The notes: generated by a model from the sequence alone, not told the origin. Counted from the stretch's first letter, positions 1 through 22,328 are shown. The stretch is 64,000 nt of DNA from an uncultured delta proteobacterium (GCA_963761335.1 CAVXGR010000012.1:448001-512000), one strand, 5' to 3'. Numbers and translations are program-made.

Positions 1-95
1 GGGTGCTGCACCAGGCGCTCGACGAGGACGACGACCGTCTTCGCCATCTTGTTGCTGACCACCACACCCTGTCTGACTTTCGGCTTCGCGCGCAT
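1..95 (-). CDS. rpsQ: 30S ribosomal protein S17 (5' part; runs off window edge)
   Basis: Manual translation from ATG at 95: MRAKPKVRQGVVVSNKMAKTVVVLVERLVQHP; follows rpmC. Confidence 0.95.
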   Translation of the reverse strand, partial: MRAKPKVRQGVVVSNKMAKTVVVLVERLVQH

Positions 96-100
96 AGAGC

Positions 101-304
101 TCAACCACCTTGACCGCGAGCGGCGCGTTCCCGACGAACGGTGAGAACTCGGGCGATGTCCCGCCGCGTGTGAACCAGCTTCTCCGTGTTCTCCAGCTGG
201 GCCGTGCCGTGGCGCAGGCGGAGTCGAAAAAGCTCCTCCTGCAGCTCGCGGTGCTTCTGCTCCAGCTCCTCCGGGCTCATGTCCCGCAACTCACTAGGCC
301 GCAT
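101..304 (-). CDS. rpmC: 50S ribosomal protein L29
   Basis: C-terminal 67 aa of ORF 101..532 ([10 protein letters not shown]...[10 protein letters not shown]); S10 operon order. Confidence 0.95.
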   Translation of the reverse strand: MRPSELRDMSPEELEQKHRELQEELFRLRLRHGTAQLENTEKLVHTRRDIARVLTVRRERAARGQGG

Positions 305-719
305 GTCCGGCTCCCGTCCGCTCCCGAAACTGCGTCGCCACCGAGAGCTTGTTGGCCGCCAGGCGGAACGCCTCGCGCGCCGTGCGGTCGTCAACCCCTT
401 CCATCTCGAAGAGCATACGTCCGGGCTTGACCACCACCACCCAGAACTCCGGCGAGCCCTTGCCCTTGCCCATGCGGGTCTCGGCCGGCTTCTTGGTGAG
501 CGGCTTGTCGGGAAAGACGCGGATCCACACACGCCCGCCGCGCTTGATGTAGCGGGTCAAGGCCACGCGGGCCGCCTCCAGCTCGCGCGCCGACACCCAG
601 CCGCGGCCGACCGCCTGCAGCCCGTAGTCGCCGAAGGCCAGGGTGGTGCCGCGCCCGGCCGTGCCGGCCCGGCGCCCCTTCTGCATCTTTCTGTATTTGA
701 CTTTCTTTGGAGACAACAT
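294..719 (-). CDS. rplP: 50S ribosomal protein L16
   Basis: [11 protein letters not shown]...RMGKGKG motif. Confidence 0.98.
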   Translation of the reverse strand: MLSPKKVKYRKMQKGRRAGTAGRGTTLAFGDYGLQAVGRGWVSARELEAARVALTRYIKRGGRVWIRVFPDKPLTKKPAETRMGKGKGSPEFWVVVVKPGRMLFEMEGVDDRTAREAFRLAANKLSVATQFRERTGAGHAA

Positions 720-737
720 GGCATCACCTGCGCCCGG

Positions 738-1400
738 CTACATGCCGGCGGCGGCCTTCTGCTCGTCCTCTTCCCGCGTCAGCACCTCGCCGCGGAAGAT
801 CCACACGCGCACGCCGATGACGCCGTAGGTGGTCTTCGCCTCGGCGAGGCCGTAGTGCACGTCGGCGCGCAGCGTATGCAGCGGCACCCGGCCCTCGCGG
901 TACCACTCGGTGCGGGCGATCTCGGAGCCGCCCAGCCGCCCGGAGCTCTGGATGCGGATGCCCTGGGCGCCCATGCGCATGGCGCGACCCACGGCCTCCT
1001 TCATCGCTCTCCGGAAGCCGACGCGCCGCTCGAGCTGCAGGGCGACGTTCTCGGCGACCAGCTGCGCGTCGAGGTCGGGCCGGCGCACCTCGTGGATGTT
1101 GAGAAAGCTCTCCTTGCTGGTGATCGCGGCGAGCTCGCTCTTCAGCTTCTCGATCTCGGCGCCCTTCTTGCCGATGACGATCCCCGGCCGCGCCGTGTGG
1201 ATGTTGATCTTGGCCTTGTTGGCGGCGCGCTCGATCTCCACCTTGGAGATGCCGGCGTGATAGAGCCTCTGCTTGAGAAACTTGCGAATGCGCAGGTCCT
1301 CGTGAAGCAGGACGGCGTACTCGCGCCCGGCGTACCACTTCGAATCCCAGCTCTCGGTGACGCCGAGCCGAAACCCCTTCGGGTGTGTCTTCTGACCCAT
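738..1400 (-). CDS. rpsC: 30S ribosomal protein S3
   Basis: [13 protein letters not shown]...[11 protein letters not shown]. Confidence 0.98.
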   Translation of the reverse strand: MGQKTHPKGFRLGVTESWDSKWYAGREYAVLLHEDLRIRKFLKQRLYHAGISKVEIERAANKAKINIHTARPGIVIGKKGAEIEKLKSELAAITSKESFLNIHEVRRPDLDAQLVAENVALQLERRVGFRRAMKEAVGRAMRMGAQGIRIQSSGRLGGSEIARTEWYREGRVPLHTLRADVHYGLAEAKTTYGVIGVRVWIFRGEVLTREEDEQKAAAGM

Positions 1401-1430
1401 CGACTTCCCTCTCGCTGTCCTCTGCCGGCC

Positions 1431-1766
1431 CTACTGGCGCTCGTCGACGATCACGGTCACGTGGCAGGTGCGCTTGCGGACCGGCGTAGCGCGCCCCTGG
1501 GCGCGCGGCGTGAACCGTTTCCAGGTCGGCCCGCCATCGACGAACGCCCGCTTCACGAAGAGGCGGTCGACGTCCACCCGCTGCGTGTTCTGGGCGTTGG
1601 CGACCACCGAGCGCAGCGTCTTGGCGACCACCCGGGCGGCCCGCTTGGGGACGTACTCGAGAATTCCGAGCGCCTCCTCGACTCCCTTGCCGCGCACCAG
1701 GTCGACGACCAGGCGCACCTTTCGCGGCGCGATGCGCACGTGCCGGCTGACAGCTCTCGCTTCCAT
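1431..1766 (-). CDS. rplV: 50S ribosomal protein L22
   Basis: RIAPRKVRLVVDLVRG...PRAQGRA. Confidence 0.98.
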   Translation of the reverse strand: MEARAVSRHVRIAPRKVRLVVDLVRGKGVEEALGILEYVPKRAARVVAKTLRSVVANAQNTQRVDVDRLFVKRAFVDGGPTWKRFTPRAQGRATPVRKRTCHVTVIVDERQ

Positions 1767-1772
1767 CTTCGC

Positions 1773-2072
1773 TCAGCCCCGCTGCGGCGCGCCGCCCTTG
1801 ACCTCGGCCTTGCGATCGCCGGAGTGCCCGTGGAAGGTGCGCGTCGGGGAGAACTCGCCCAGCTTGTGACCAACCATGTTCTCGGAGACGAACACCGGGA
1901 TGAACTTGCGCCCGTTGTGCACCGCGAAGGTATGGCCGATCATCTCCGGCGTCACCGTCGAGCGCCGCGACCAGGTCTTGATCACGCGTTTCTCTCGCGA
2001 GGCATTCATCGCCTCGACCTTCTTCAGGAGGTGCTGGTCCACGAAGGGACCCTTTTTGATCGAGCGGGCCAT
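1773..2072 (-). CDS. rpsS: 30S ribosomal protein S19
   Basis: [10 protein letters not shown]...[14 protein letters not shown] at 2072 preceded by GAGGAG. Confidence 0.97.
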   Translation of the reverse strand: MARSIKKGPFVDQHLLKKVEAMNASREKRVIKTWSRRSTVTPEMIGHTFAVHNGRKFIPVFVSENMVGHKLGEFSPTRTFHGHSGDRKAEVKGGAPQRG

Positions 2073-2080
2073 GTCTCCTC

Positions 2081-2899
2081 TTACTTGCTCCGCCGTTTGA
2101 CGATGTAGCGATCGCTGCGCGGATTGTGGCGGGTCTTGTAGCCCTTGGTCGGCTTTCCCCAGGGCGTCTGCGGGTGATTGCCCTTGGAGCGGCCCTCGCC
2201 GCCGCCGTGCGGGTGATCGACCGGGTTCATGGCCATGCCGCGCACCTTCGGCCGGCGACCGCGCCAGCGTGTGCGGCCCGCCTTGCCCACCGAGATGTTC
2301 TCGTGATCGATGTTGCCCACCTGGCCGATCGTGGCGCGGCACACGGCGCGCACGTAGCGCAGCTCGCCGGAGGGCAGCTTGAGGAGGGCCAGATCCCCCT
2401 CCTTGGCCATCAGCTGTACGCCGGCGCCGGCGCTGCGCGCCAGCTGGCCGCCGCGGCCGGGCTTGAGCTCGATGTTGTGCACCATGGTGCCCAGCGGGAT
2501 CTGCGACAGCGCCAGGGTGTTTCCCGGCTGGATGTCGGCGCCTTCGCCCGACATCACCGTGTCGCCCGGCTTGATGCCGAGAGGCGCCAGGATGTAGCGC
2601 TTCTCGCCGTCGGCGTAGTGCAGCAGGGCGATGCGCGCCGAGCGGTTGGGGTCGTACTCGATGGCCGCCACGCGCGCCGGAATGCGGTCCTTGTTGCGGC
2701 GGAAGTCGACGACGCGGTAGCGGCGCTTGTGGCCGCCGCCGCGGTGGCGGATGGTCATGCGGCCGAGGCCGTTGCGGCCGCCGCTGCGCCGCCAGGGCGA
2801 GAGCAGGCTGCGCTCGGGCTCGCTCTTGGTGATCTCGGTGAACTCGGCCACCGCCTGGAAGCGGCGGCCCGGAGAGGTGGGATTGTACTGGCGAGCCAT
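2081..2899 (-). CDS. rplB: 50S ribosomal protein L2
   Basis: [14 protein letters not shown] and [13 protein letters not shown] motifs; ATG at 2899. Confidence 0.97.
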   Translation of the reverse strand: MARQYNPTSPGRRFQAVAEFTEITKSEPERSLLSPWRRSGGRNGLGRMTIRHRGGGHKRRYRVVDFRRNKDRIPARVAAIEYDPNRSARIALLHYADGEKRYILAPLGIKPGDTVMSGEGADIQPGNTLALSQIPLGTMVHNIELKPGRGGQLARSAGAGVQLMAKEGDLALLKLPSGELRYVRAVCRATIGQVGNIDHENISVGKAGRTRWRGRRPKVRGMAMNPVDHPHGGGEGRSKGNHPQTPWGKPTKGYKTRHNPRSDRYIVKRRSK

Positions 2900-2901
2900 A
2901 T

Positions 2902-3189
2902 CTACACCGTCTCGAAGAAGTCGATGCGCTGCCCCTCGGCGAGGGTCACGTAGGCCTTCTTCCAATTGGGGCGCTTGCCCGAGGAGCGACCGACGCGGCG
3001 CGTCTTGCCGAGCAGATTGACGGTCCGCACGCGCTCGACCTTCACCTTGAAGAGGGACTCGACGGCGCGGCGCACCTCGTTCTTGTTGGCGTCGCGGTGC
3101 ACGCGAAAGACCACGTGATTGCCGCGCTCGTTCACCAGCGTGCCCTTCTCGGTGACCAACGGGGACTCGATGACGCGATAGAGGTCCAT
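2902..3189 (-). CDS. rplW: 50S ribosomal protein L23
   Basis: [15 protein letters not shown]...WKKAYVTL. Confidence 0.96.
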   Translation of the reverse strand: MDLYRVIESPLVTEKGTLVNERGNHVVFRVHRDANKNEVRRAVESLFKVKVERVRTVNLLGKTRRVGRSSGKRPNWKKAYVTLAEGQRIDFFETV

Positions 3190-3821
3190 TAGTGCTCCAC
3201 CCGCTCGACCAACGCCGCCAGCGCCTCCTGGGTCAGCACCAGGTGCTCGTAGCGCAGGATGTCGTAAACGTTCGCCCCTTCGGCGCGCACCACCTTCACC
3301 CCCTCGAGGTTGCGGGCGGAGCGCTGCAGCACCTCGTCGGCGGCGGCGATGACGATCAGGGCGCGGCGCACGTCGAGGTCCTTCATCAGCTGCACGACGT
3401 GCTTGGTCTTCATCGATTCCAGCTCGATCTTGTCGACGACCACCAGCTTCTGCTCGCGCGCCTTGAGGGCGAGCGCCGTCTTCAGGGCAGAGCGCCGCGC
3501 CTCGCGCGGCATGCGATAGCTGTAGTCGCGCGGCTGCGGTCCGAAGACGGTGGCGCCGCCGACCCAAATCGGCGAGCGGTTGCTGCCGGCGCGAGCCCGG
3601 CCGGTGCCCTTCTGCCGCCAGGGCTTCTTGCCGCCGCCGCTCACTTGGGCGCGGGTCTTGGTCGCCGCCGTGCCGGCGCGGCGATTCGCCAGCTGCATCC
3701 TCACCGTCTCGTGGAGGAGGTGCGGGCGCACCGGGCCGCCGAAGACGCTCCCCGGCAGCTCGGCCTCGCCGACCGTCTCGTTGCGCTGGTTGCGCAGCGC
3801 CACGCTCAACGCCTCAGCCAT
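3189..3821 (-). CDS. rplD: 50S ribosomal protein L4
   Basis: [15 protein letters not shown] motif. Confidence 0.98.
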   Translation of the reverse strand: MAEALSVALRNQRNETVGEAELPGSVFGGPVRPHLLHETVRMQLANRRAGTAATKTRAQVSGGGKKPWRQKGTGRARAGSNRSPIWVGGATVFGPQPRDYSYRMPREARRSALKTALALKAREQKLVVVDKIELESMKTKHVVQLMKDLDVRRALIVIAAADEVLQRSARNLEGVKVVRAEGANVYDILRYEHLVLTQEALAALVERVEH

Positions 3822-4461
3822 TGCTCGGGCTCTTCACGGCCGGCTGGATGAGCACGATGCCGTTGCGGGCGCCGGGCACGGCGCCGCGAATCAGAATGAC
3901 GTTGTCCTCGGGCCGCACCGCCACGACCCGCAGGTTCTGGGTGGTGACCCGATCGTTGCCGTACTGGCCGGCCATGCGCTTTCCCTTGAAGACGCGGCCC
4001 GGATAGGAGCGGTTGCCGATCGATCCGCCATGGCGGAAGTACTCGTGGGTGCCGTGGCTCCCCGGGAAGCCGCTGAAGCCGTGGCGCTTGATGACGCCCG
4101 TATAGCCGCGTCCCTTGGTGGTGCCCACCACGTCGACGTTGTCGCCCGCCTTGAAGAGGTCGGCAACGGTGATCTGCTGGCCGAGCTCGAAGCTGGCGTC
4201 GTCGCTGATGCGGAACTCGCGCAGGACGCGGAAGACGCCCTTCTCGGCCTTGGCGCAATGGCCGCGATAGGCCTTGGTCGCCCGCTGCGCCTTCTTCTCG
4301 CCGAAGCCGAGCTGCACCGCGCCATAGCCGTCGCGCGTCGCCGTCTTCGCCTGCACCACGGTGCAGGGACCGGCGCTCACCACGGTCACCGGCTCGAGAA
4401 CGCCCTGCTCCGTGTACACCTGGGTCATCCCCAGCTTTATCCCAATCAGTCCAAGTGCCAT
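3814..4461 (-). CDS. rplC: 50S ribosomal protein L3
   Basis: GIKLGMTQV...PGRVFKGKRMAG. Confidence 0.98.
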   Translation of the reverse strand: MALGLIGIKLGMTQVYTEQGVLEPVTVVSAGPCTVVQAKTATRDGYGAVQLGFGEKKAQRATKAYRGHCAKAEKGVFRVLREFRISDDASFELGQQITVADLFKAGDNVDVVGTTKGRGYTGVIKRHGFSGFPGSHGTHEYFRHGGSIGNRSYPGRVFKGKRMAGQYGNDRVTTQNLRVVAVRPEDNVILIRGAVPGARNGIVLIQPAVKSPSNG

Positions 4462-4495
4462 CGTCCCATACCGAGCCGTTGCGCCGTCACGATCC

Positions 4496-4804
4496 TCACT
4501 GCAGCTTGATCTCGACGTCCACCCCGGCGGCGAGATCCAGCTTGCCGAGGGCGTCGATCGTCTGCTGTGTCGGCTCGAGAATATCGAGGAGGCGCTTGTG
4601 AGTGCGGATCTCGAACTGCTCCCGCGACTTCTTGTCGACGTGTGGCGAGCGGTTGACCGTGAACCGCTCGATGTGGGTCGGCAGAGGAATCGGACCGGCG
4701 ACCCGACCGCCGGTGCGGCGCACGGTGTCGACGATCTCCTTCACCGACTGATCCAGCAGGCGGTGATCATAAGCCTTCAGGCGTATGCGAATCTTTTCGT
4801 TCAT
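4496..4804 (-). CDS. rpsJ: 30S ribosomal protein S10
   Basis: [12 protein letters not shown]...[13 protein letters not shown]. Confidence 0.98.
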   Translation of the reverse strand: MNEKIRIRLKAYDHRLLDQSVKEIVDTVRRTGGRVAGPIPLPTHIERFTVNRSPHVDKKSREQFEIRTHKRLLDILEPTQQTIDALGKLDLAAGVDVEIKLQ

Positions 4805-4838
4805 GCGTCGCCAGTGCCAGCGCTCCCCGTCGCCACTT

Positions 4839-6029
<1,191 letters not shown>

Positions 6030-6071
6030 CGGCTCTCCTCCGCTTGCTCAGTCGCTTCTCTGAAATGGCCG

Positions 6072-8153
6072 TCAGGCACCGACTGCCTTGGCAGTGATCT
6101 CCTGGGAGATCATCTGCGGCACGGGCTCGTAGTGCGAGAACTGCATGGTGTAGGTCGCCCGCCCCTGGGTCGCCGACCGCAGGTCGGTGGCATATCCGAA
6201 CATCTCCGAAAGCGGCACCTTGGCGGTCAGCACCTGGGCCCCGGCGCGTTCCTCCTGGCCCTGGATCTTGCCGCGCCGGCCGCTCAGGTCGCCAAACACC
6301 GGGCCGGTGAACTCCTCGGGAACGACCACCTCGACCAGCATCACCGGCTCGAGGATGATCGGCTTGGCCTTGGCGGCGCCCTCCTTGAAGGCCATGGAGC
6401 CGGCGATACGAAAGGCCATTTCCGACGAGTCGACCTCGTGCGAGGAGCCGTCGAGGAGGGTCACCTTGACGTCGACCACGGGATATCCGGCCTGGATGCC
6501 GCCCTCCAGAGCGTCATGGACGCCCTTGCCGACGGCGGGAATGTACTCGCGCGGGACCGAGCCGCCCTTGGTGCCGTCCTCGAACTGGAAGCCGGATCCC
6601 GGCGGCAGCGGCTCGATGCGGATGACGACGTGGCCGTACTGGCCGCGACCGCCCGTCTGGCGGATGAACTTGCCCTCCTGCTCGACGGTGCGGCGGATGG
6701 TCTCCTTGTAGGCCACCTGCGGCTTGCCGACGTTGGCATCCACCTTGAACTCGCGCAGCAGCCGATCGACGATGATCTCCAGGTGCAGCTCGCCCATGCC
6801 CGAGATGATCGTCTGTCCGGTCTCCTTGTCGGTGTGCACTCGGAACGACGGATCTTCGGTCGCCAGCTTCTGCAGGGAGACGCCGAGCTTCTCCTGGTCG
6901 GCCTTCGTCTTCGGCTCGATGGCGATGTCGATCACCGGCTCCGGGAACTCGATGGCCTCGAGCACGATGGGCTTGGCCTCGTCACAGAGGGTATCCCCGG
7001 TGGTGCTGTCGCGCAGGCCGACGGCAGCGGCGATGTCGCCGGCGTAGACTTCCTTGATCTCCTCGCGCTTGTTGGCGTGCATCTTCAGCAGCCGGCCGAC
7101 GCGCTCCTTCTTTCCCTTCACCGAGTTGTAGACGTAGGACCCCGACTCCATCGTCCCCGAGTAGACGCGGAAGAAGGTCAGGGTGCCGACGAAGGGGTCG
7201 GACATGATCTTGAAGGCGAGTGCCGAGAAGGGATCCTTGTCGCTGGGGCGCCGCTCCTCCACCTTGTCGGTGCCGGGAACGGTGCCGCTGACCGGCAACA
7301 CGTCCACTGGCGAAGGCAGATAGGCGACCACGGCGTCGAGCAGCGGTTGCACGCCGCGGTTGCGGAAGGCGCTGCCGCAGAGAACCGGCACCATCTTGAT
7401 TTCGAGGGCACCCTTGCGGATACCGGCGCGGATCTCGGACTCGGAGATCTCGCCACCGTCCAGGTAGCGCTCAAGCAGACTCTCGTCGCTATCGGCGACG
7501 GCCTCGAGCAGCTTCTCGCGGTACTCCTCCGCCTTCTCGCGCAGGTCGGCCGGAATTTCCTCCTCGCGGTAGCGGGCTCCGAGGCTGTCGTCGTCCCAGA
7601 GGATGGCCTTCATGGAGACCAGATCGACGACGCCGCGGAAATGCTCCTCGGCGCCGATGGGAATCTGGATGGGCACGGGGTTGGCGCGCAGGCGGTCGCG
7701 GATCATGCGCACGCCGCGATCGAAGTCGGCGCCGACGCGATCCATCTTGTTGATGAAGGCGATGCGCGGCACCCGGTACTTGTCGGCCTGGCGCCACACG
7801 GTCTCCGACTGCGGCTCGACGCCGCCGACCGAGCAGAACACGGCAATGGCGCCGTCGAGAACGCGCAGCGAGCGCTCCACCTCGATGGTGAAGTCGACGT
7901 GCCCGGGGGTGTCGATGATGTTGATGCGGTGGTCGTGCCAGAAGCAGGTGGTCGCCGCCGAGGTGATGGTGATGCCGCGCTCCTGCTCCTGGACCATCCA
8001 GTCCATGGTCGCGGTCCCCTCGTGCACCTCCCCGATCTTGTAGTTGATGCCGGTGTAATAGAGGATCCGCTCGGTGGTGGTGGTCTTACCGGCATCGATG
8101 TGCGCCATGATGCCGATATTACGGGTCCGTTCGATGGGGGTTTCGCGTGCCAT
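6072..8153 (-). CDS. fusA: Elongation factor G
   Basis: [23 protein letters not shown]; 693 aa. Confidence 0.99.
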   Translation of the reverse strand: MARETPIERTRNIGIMAHIDAGKTTTTERILYYTGINYKIGEVHEGTATMDWMVQEQERGITITSAATTCFWHDHRINIIDTPGHVDFTIEVERSLRVLDGAIAVFCSVGGVEPQSETVWRQADKYRVPRIAFINKMDRVGADFDRGVRMIRDRLRANPVPIQIPIGAEEHFRGVVDLVSMKAILWDDDSLGARYREEEIPADLREKAEEYREKLLEAVADSDESLLERYLDGGEISESEIRAGIRKGALEIKMVPVLCGSAFRNRGVQPLLDAVVAYLPSPVDVLPVSGTVPGTDKVEERRPSDKDPFSALAFKIMSDPFVGTLTFFRVYSGTMESGSYVYNSVKGKKERVGRLLKMHANKREEIKEVYAGDIAAAVGLRDSTTGDTLCDEAKPIVLEAIEFPEPVIDIAIEPKTKADQEKLGVSLQKLATEDPSFRVHTDKETGQTIISGMGELHLEIIVDRLLREFKVDANVGKPQVAYKETIRRTVEQEGKFIRQTGGRGQYGHVVIRIEPLPPGSGFQFEDGTKGGSVPREYIPAVGKGVHDALEGGIQAGYPVVDVKVTLLDGSSHEVDSSEMAFRIAGSMAFKEGAAKAKPIILEPVMLVEVVVPEEFTGPVFGDLSGRRGKIQGQEERAGAQVLTAKVPLSEMFGYATDLRSATQGRATYTMQFSHYEPVPQMISQEITAKAVGA

Positions 8154-8162
8154 ATCAAATCG

Positions 8163-8199
8163 CGCGGGGCCTTCCCTCCTGCCGAGGGAAGGCCCCGCG
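8163..8199. other. Perfect 16-bp-stem hairpin between rpsG and fusA
   Basis: CGCGGGGCCTTCCCTC-ctgcc-GAGGGAAGGCCCCGCG. Confidence 0.75.
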
Positions 8200-8218
8200 T
8201 CAACTCCTGTTCTCGTCC

Positions 8219-8689
8219 TTACCAGCGGTAATGGGCGAAGGCCTTGTTGGCCTCAGCCATTCGATGGGTGTCTTCCCTCTTCTTCACGGCGGCGCCGCGA
8301 TTGGCCGCGGCCTCGAGGACCTCGCCCGCGAGCCGGTCGGACATGGACTTCTCCGCCCGCGCCCGGGCGTGCTGGATGAGCCAGCGCATGCCGAGCGACG
8401 CCCGGCGTGCCGGGCGCACTTCCACCGGCACCTGATAGGTGGCGCCGCCGACCCGGCGGGAGCGCACCTCGACCACCGGCTTGACGTTGTCGAGAGCCCG
8501 CTTGAAGACCGCCAGGGGGTCTTCCTTGGAGCGGTCGGCGACCAGATCGAGGGCCCGGTACAAGAGGCCCTCGGCAACGCTCTTCTTGCCGCCTTCCATC
8601 ATGGTGTTGATGAACTTCGCCACCAGACGGTCGTGGAACTTCGGATCCGGGAGGATCTCCCGGCGTCGCACTTCACCTTTGCGCGGCAT
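8219..8689 (-). CDS. rpsG: 30S ribosomal protein S7
   Basis: [25 protein letters not shown]. Confidence 0.99.
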   Translation of the reverse strand: MPRKGEVRRREILPDPKFHDRLVAKFINTMMEGGKKSVAEGLLYRALDLVADRSKEDPLAVFKRALDNVKPVVEVRSRRVGGATYQVPVEVRPARRASLGMRWLIQHARARAEKSMSDRLAGEVLEAAANRGAAVKKREDTHRMAEANKAFAHYRW

Positions 8690-8698
8690 GGCTCTGTC

Positions 8699-9070
8699 CT
8701 ACTTCGGCCTCTTGGCGCCGTACTTGGAGCGCCCCTGCCGCCGGTCCTGCACGCCGATCGAGTCGAGGGTGCCGCGGATGATGTGATAGCGCACGCCCGG
8801 GATGTCCTTGACGCGGCCGCCGCGGATGAGCACCACCGAGTGCTCCTGCAGGTTGTGGCCGATCCCGGGGATATAGGTGGTCACCTCGATGCCGTTGGTG
8901 AGGCGCACGCGGGCGACCTTGCGCAGAGCCGAGTTCGGCTTCTTCGGGGTGGTGGTATAGACGCGCGTGCAGACGCCGCGCTTTTGCGGAGACGCCTGCA
9001 GAGCAGGCGCCCCCGTCTTGCGGCGCTGGATCTGACGCCCTTTGTTCACCAATTGATTGATCGTCGGCAT
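8699..9070 (-). CDS. rpsL: 30S ribosomal protein S12
   Basis: MPTINQLV...[11 protein letters not shown]. Confidence 0.99.
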   Translation of the reverse strand: MPTINQLVNKGRQIQRRKTGAPALQASPQKRGVCTRVYTTTPKKPNSALRKVARVRLTNGIEVTTYIPGIGHNLQEHSVVLIRGGRVKDIPGVRYHIIRGTLDSIGVQDRRQGRSKYGAKRPK

Positions 9071-9116
9071 TTCGGCTCACTCACTCGCTGCTGTTCCGCC
9101 ACGAAGTGAATCCGCG

Positions 9117-9145
9117 ATGTTATGGAAAGGCATGGCGGATGTCAA
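9117..9145 (-). promoter_or_regulatory. Putative sigma70 promoter of the str operon
   Basis: Minus strand reads TTGACA-N17-TAACAT, about 45 bp upstream of the rpsL ATG. Confidence 0.7.
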
Positions 9146-9150
9146 GACAA

Positions 9151-13290
<4,140 letters not shown>

Positions 13291-13312
13291 CAGTCACGCC
13301 TCCTCTCGGAGT

Positions 13313-17430
<4,118 letters not shown>

Positions 17431-17478
17431 GCGAAGGCCCTCATCGTTGGCTGCGAAATCACGCGCGCGCACCTCACC

Positions 17479-17871
17479 TTACTTCAGCTCGACCGACCCG
17501 CCCGCTTCCTCGATCTTCTTCTTCATCTCCTCGGCTTGGTCCTTGGGCAGACCTTCCTTCACCGGCTTCGGCGCCCCATCGACCAGATCCTTCGCCTCCT
17601 TGAGGCCGAGGCCGGTCAGCTCGCGCACGACCTTGATGACCTGGATCTTCTTCTCTCCGGAGCTGGTCAGAACGACGTCGAACTCGTCCTTCTCCGGCTC
17701 GGCTGCGGCCGCGGCACCGCCGCCGGCCGCCGGCATCGCCATCGCCATCGGGGCAGCGGCGCTGACCCCGAGCTCTTCTTCCAGCTCCTTGACCAGAGAG
17801 GCGGCGTCCATCAGGCTCATGTGCTTGATGAACTCTTTCACCTGGTCGCGCGTCACGGTTGCCTGTTCCAT
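17479..17871 (-). CDS. rplL: 50S ribosomal protein L7/L12
   Basis: [23 protein letters not shown]. Confidence 0.98.
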   Translation of the reverse strand: MEQATVTRDQVKEFIKHMSLMDAASLVKELEEELGVSAAAPMAMAMPAAGGGAAAAAEPEKDEFDVVLTSSGEKKIQVIKVVRELTGLGLKEAKDLVDGAPKPVKEGLPKDQAEEMKKKIEEAGGSVELK

Positions 17872-17904
17872 CAAAACCTCCCTTTTGGGTCCTTCTTTCT
17901 CGAA

Positions 17905-18432
17905 CTACTGAGCTCCGCCTTCGGCCTTGGCGCGGAGGCGGTCGATGAGACGCGCCGCGCGCGCCCCTGGTTCCTGAATTGTCCGCAGCAGCTGTACCGC
18001 AGGGGCCTGCAACAAACCGAGGAGCTGTCCGATGAGGGCCTCGCGGCTCGGCAGCTTGGCCAGCCCAGTGACAGCCTCCGCGTCCAAGCGGCTGCCGTCA
18101 AGTACCCCCCCCTGGATCGTGAGCTTGGCGTTCTCCTCGGAGTACTTCACCAACACCTTGGCGACGCTGATCGGGTCGCTGTAGCCGAAGACGAAGCCGT
18201 TCGGTCCCTGGAGCAGATCGGTGATCGGGGCGTAGGCCGTCTCCTTCACCGCCAGGCGTGCCAGGGTGTTCTTGGCCACCTTGAACTCGCCCCCGACCTT
18301 GCGCAGCTCGCGGCGCAGGCGCGTCACCTCGGCGACCGTCAGCCCCTGGGGGCTGGCCACCAGGGCCACCTGCGCTTTCGAGAAGCTCTCCTGCAGCTCG
18401 GAGACCATGGTCCCCTTTTCCTCGCGGTTCAC
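17905..18432 (-). CDS. rplJ: 50S ribosomal protein L10
   Basis: FKVAKNTLARLA, LAKLPSREAL; operon position. Confidence 0.97.
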   Translation of the reverse strand: MNREEKGTMVSELQESFSKAQVALVASPQGLTVAEVTRLRRELRKVGGEFKVAKNTLARLAVKETAYAPITDLLQGPNGFVFGYSDPISVAKVLVKYSEENAKLTIQGGVLDGSRLDAEAVTGLAKLPSREALIGQLLGLLQAPAVQLLRTIQEPGARAARLIDRLRAKAEGGAQ

Positions 18433-18442
18433 CGTTTCCTCC

Positions 18443-19147
18443 TCAGGCCGCGGCGCGCGCCGCCTGCGTCTCGACCCTGATTCCCGGCCCCATCGTCGTG
18501 GAGACGGCGATGCTCCTCATGTAGTTGCCCTTGGCCGCGGCCGGCTTGGCGCGCATCAGGCTGGCCATCAGGGACTCGGCATTCTCGAGAAGCTTCTCCG
18601 GCCCGAAGGACACCTTGCCGATGGGCACGTGGACGATACCGGCCTTGTCGACGCGGTACTCGACGCGGCCGGCCTTGAGCTCGCGCACCGCCTTGCCGAC
18701 GTCGAAGGTGACGGTGCCGACCTTGGGGTTGGGCATGAGGCCGCGCGGGCCGAGCACCTTGCCGATGCGACCGACGACGCCCATCATGTCGGGGGTGGCG
18801 ATCGCCTTGTCGAACTCGAGCCAGCCCTCCTCCTGGATCTTCTTCACCAGGTCCTCGGCGCCGACCACGTCGGCGCCGGCCTCCTGCGCCTCGCGCTCCT
18901 TCTCGCCCTTGGCGAACACCGCGACGCGGACCGACTTGCCGGTGCCGTGCGGCAGGGCAACGGTGCCGCGCACGTTCTGATCCGCCTGCCGGGGATCGAC
19001 CCCGAGGCGAACCGCGATCTCCACCGTCTCGTCGAATTTGGCCTTGGGGCCACCCAGCACCAGGCGCAGGGCCTCGTCGAGGGGGTACTGGCGGTTGCGG
19101 TCGATGGCCGCCGCCGCCTGCTTGAATCGCTTTCCGCTGTTCGCCAT
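18443..19147 (-). CDS. rplA: 50S ribosomal protein L1
   Basis: [19 protein letters not shown] at 19147. Confidence 0.97.
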   Translation of the reverse strand: MANSGKRFKQAAAAIDRNRQYPLDEALRLVLGGPKAKFDETVEIAVRLGVDPRQADQNVRGTVALPHGTGKSVRVAVFAKGEKEREAQEAGADVVGAEDLVKKIQEEGWLEFDKAIATPDMMGVVGRIGKVLGPRGLMPNPKVGTVTFDVGKAVRELKAGRVEYRVDKAGIVHVPIGKVSFGPEKLLENAESLMASLMRAKPAAAKGNYMRSIAVSTTMGPGIRVETQAARAAA

Positions 19148-19157
19148 GCGCTTTTCC

Positions 19158-19583
19158 TCAGTCGACCACTTCGAGTCCCATGCTGCGCGCCGCACCCTCG
19201 ACGGTGCGCATCGCCGCATCGATACTCTCGGCGCTCAGGTCGGGCATCTTGAGCTCGGCGATCTCGCGCACCTGGGCGCGCGTGACCTTGCCCACCTTCT
19301 TCTTGTTGGGCTCCGGCGACCCCTTCTCGATGCCGGCGGCGCGCTTGAGCAGGATGGCGGCCGGGGGCGTCTTGGTGATGAACGTGAAGGAGCGATCGGC
19401 GTACACGGTGATGATCACCGGAATGATCAGACCGGCCTGCGCCTGCGTCTGCGCATTGAACGCCTTACAGAACTCCATGATGTTCACCCCGCGCTGTCCG
19501 AGGGCCGGACCGACCGGCGGGCTCGGATTGGCCTGCCCCGCGGGAATTTGCAGCTTGATCTCGGCGATGACCTTCTTTGCCAT
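19158..19583 (-). CDS. rplK: 50S ribosomal protein L11
   Basis: [23 protein letters not shown]. Confidence 0.99.
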   Translation of the reverse strand: MAKKVIAEIKLQIPAGQANPSPPVGPALGQRGVNIMEFCKAFNAQTQAQAGLIIPVIITVYADRSFTFITKTPPAAILLKRAAGIEKGSPEPNKKKVGKVTRAQVREIAELKMPDLSAESIDAAMRTVEGAARSMGLEVVD

Positions 19584-19593
19584 GAGGCGTCTC

Positions 19594-20124
19594 TCAGTTC
19601 TTCTCTACCTGGACGAAGTCCAGCTCTACCGGGGTGGCGCGACCGAAGATGCTGATCAGCACCCGCAGCTTGCCCTTGTCGGGCTTCACCTCTTCGACCA
19701 CGCCGTTGAAATCCTGAAAGGGGCCGTCGACCACCTTGACGCTCTCCCCGGCCTCGAAGAGGACCTTCGGCTTCGGCCGAATGGCGCCCTCCTCCATCTG
19801 CTGGGTGATCTCGCGCACCTCATCCTCACTGATCGCGGGCGGCTGGGTGGCGCCGCCGACGAAGCCGGTCACCTTCGGCGTCGAGCGCACGATGTGCCAG
19901 GTCTCGTCGTTGAGCTCCATGTTTACCAGAATGTACCCGGGAAAGAACTTGCGCGAGCTGGTCTTCTTGCGGCCCTTGACCAGCTCGACGACCTTCTCCG
20001 CCGGGACCAGCACCGGGCCGAACAGCTCCTGCTTGCCGAGGGCGCGCACGCGTTCCTCCAGCGCCGCCTTCGCCTTGTGCTCGTATCCCGAATACGTGTG
20101 TACGACGTACCAGTTCTTCATCAT
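19594..20124 (-). CDS. nusG: Transcription termination/antitermination factor NusG
   Basis: [11 protein letters not shown]...[12 protein letters not shown]. Confidence 0.97.
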   Translation of the reverse strand: MMKNWYVVHTYSGYEHKAKAALEERVRALGKQELFGPVLVPAEKVVELVKGRKKTSSRKFFPGYILVNMELNDETWHIVRSTPKVTGFVGGATQPPAISEDEVREITQQMEEGAIRPKPKVLFEAGESVKVVDGPFQDFNGVVEEVKPDKGKLRVLISIFGRATPVELDFVQVEKN

Positions 20125-20345
20125 GCGGTCAGGATGAATCGCACCAGACGGGTGGCCACGTAATCGACCACACCGAGAAAGACGGCGAGGATGACGACCA
20201 CCGCCAACACGACGACGGTCGCCGACCACACCTCCTTGCGGCCGGGCCAGTGCACCTTCTTGAGCTCCGACCAGACCTCTTGGAGGAAAGTCATCGACCG
20301 GGGAACGACATCCCGGGCCTTGTCCATCTGTTGTTGTAGTGCCAT
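20121..20345 (-). CDS. secE: Preprotein translocase subunit SecE
   Basis: ELKKVHWP motif plus one TM segment; between tRNA-Trp and nusG. Confidence 0.95.
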   Translation of the reverse strand: MALQQQMDKARDVVPRSMTFLQEVWSELKKVHWPGRKEVWSATVVVLAVVVILAVFLGVVDYVATRLVRFILTA

Positions 20346-20368
20346 CCGTTCTATTCCAAAGCGAAAGA

Positions 20369-20442
20369 CGGGTCAGGCAGGCCTCGAACCTGCAACCCCC
20401 GGATTTGGAGTCCGGTGCTCTGCCAATTAGAGCTACTGACCC
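20369..20442 (-). tRNA. tRNA-Trp (CCA)
   Basis: Cloverleaf: acceptor GGGTCAG/CTGACCC, anticodon loop CTCCAAA, T-loop TTCGAGG. Confidence 0.95.
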
Positions 20443-20487
20443 GCAACGACTGCCCGAGAGCTGCCCGCACCGCCGGCGCCGCGGCGT

Positions 20488-20640
20488 TCAGACCTTGCTC
20501 TCCTTGTGCAGGACGTGTGTGCGGCAGGCCGGACAGAACTTGCGCACCGAAAGCTTCTCGGTGGTCTTCTTCTTGTTCCGGCTGGCGGTATAGTTGCGCC
20601 GCTTGCACTGCTCACACTGAAGCGAAATCAGATCGCGCAT
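20488..20640 (-). CDS. rpmG: 50S ribosomal protein L33 (Zn-ribbon form); not in the ORF track
   Basis: Manual translation: MRDLISLQCEQCKRRNYTASRNKKKTTEKLSVRKFCPACRTHVLHKESKV. Confidence 0.96.
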   Translation of the reverse strand: MRDLISLQCEQCKRRNYTASRNKKKTTEKLSVRKFCPACRTHVLHKESKV

Positions 20641-20649
20641 CGCTCTTCT

Positions 20650-21840
<1,191 letters not shown>

Positions 21841-21864
21841 CGTTTTGCCTCGCCATGGAGAGAG

Positions 21865-21938
21865 AGCCCAGGAGCGGAATCGAACCGCCGACCTCGTCCT
21901 TACCAAGGACGTGCTCTAGCCAACTGAGCTACCTGGGC
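21865..21938 (-). tRNA. tRNA-Thr (GGT)
   Basis: Acceptor GCCCAGG/CCTGGGC, anticodon loop TTGGTAA. Confidence 0.95.
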
Positions 21939-21970
21939 GTATCTATCGATTCTCCCCCGATCAAAATGAA

Positions 21971-22047
21971 TGGAGCGGGAAACGGGATTCGAACCCGCGA
22001 CCCTCAGCTTGGAAGGCTGATGCTCTAACCAACTGAGCTACTCCCGC
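21971..22047 (-). tRNA. tRNA-Gly (TCC)
   Basis: GCGGGAG...CTTCCAA...TTCCCGCTCCA. Confidence 0.96.
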
Positions 22048-22076
22048 ATATTTGGCTTTTTTTTCGCGCGGCCATT

Positions 22077-22162
<86 letters not shown>

Positions 22163-22172
22163 GTATAACCAG

Positions 22173-22245
22173 AGCCGATGGCCAGACTTGAACTGGCAAC
22201 CTACTGATTACAAGTCAGTCGCTCTGCCACTTGAGCTACATCGGC
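22173..22245 (-). tRNA. tRNA-Thr (TGT)
   Basis: GCCGATG/CATCGGC acceptor, anticodon loop CTTGTAA; classic Thr-Tyr-Gly-Thr-tuf order. Confidence 0.95.
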
Positions 22246-22328
22246 TTCTGCTGCTTCGATTTCGAAATTCCACGCTTTTTCGCCCGGATGGCCATCGATT
22301 CACCCGGATAAACTGGTGCGAATCGTGC

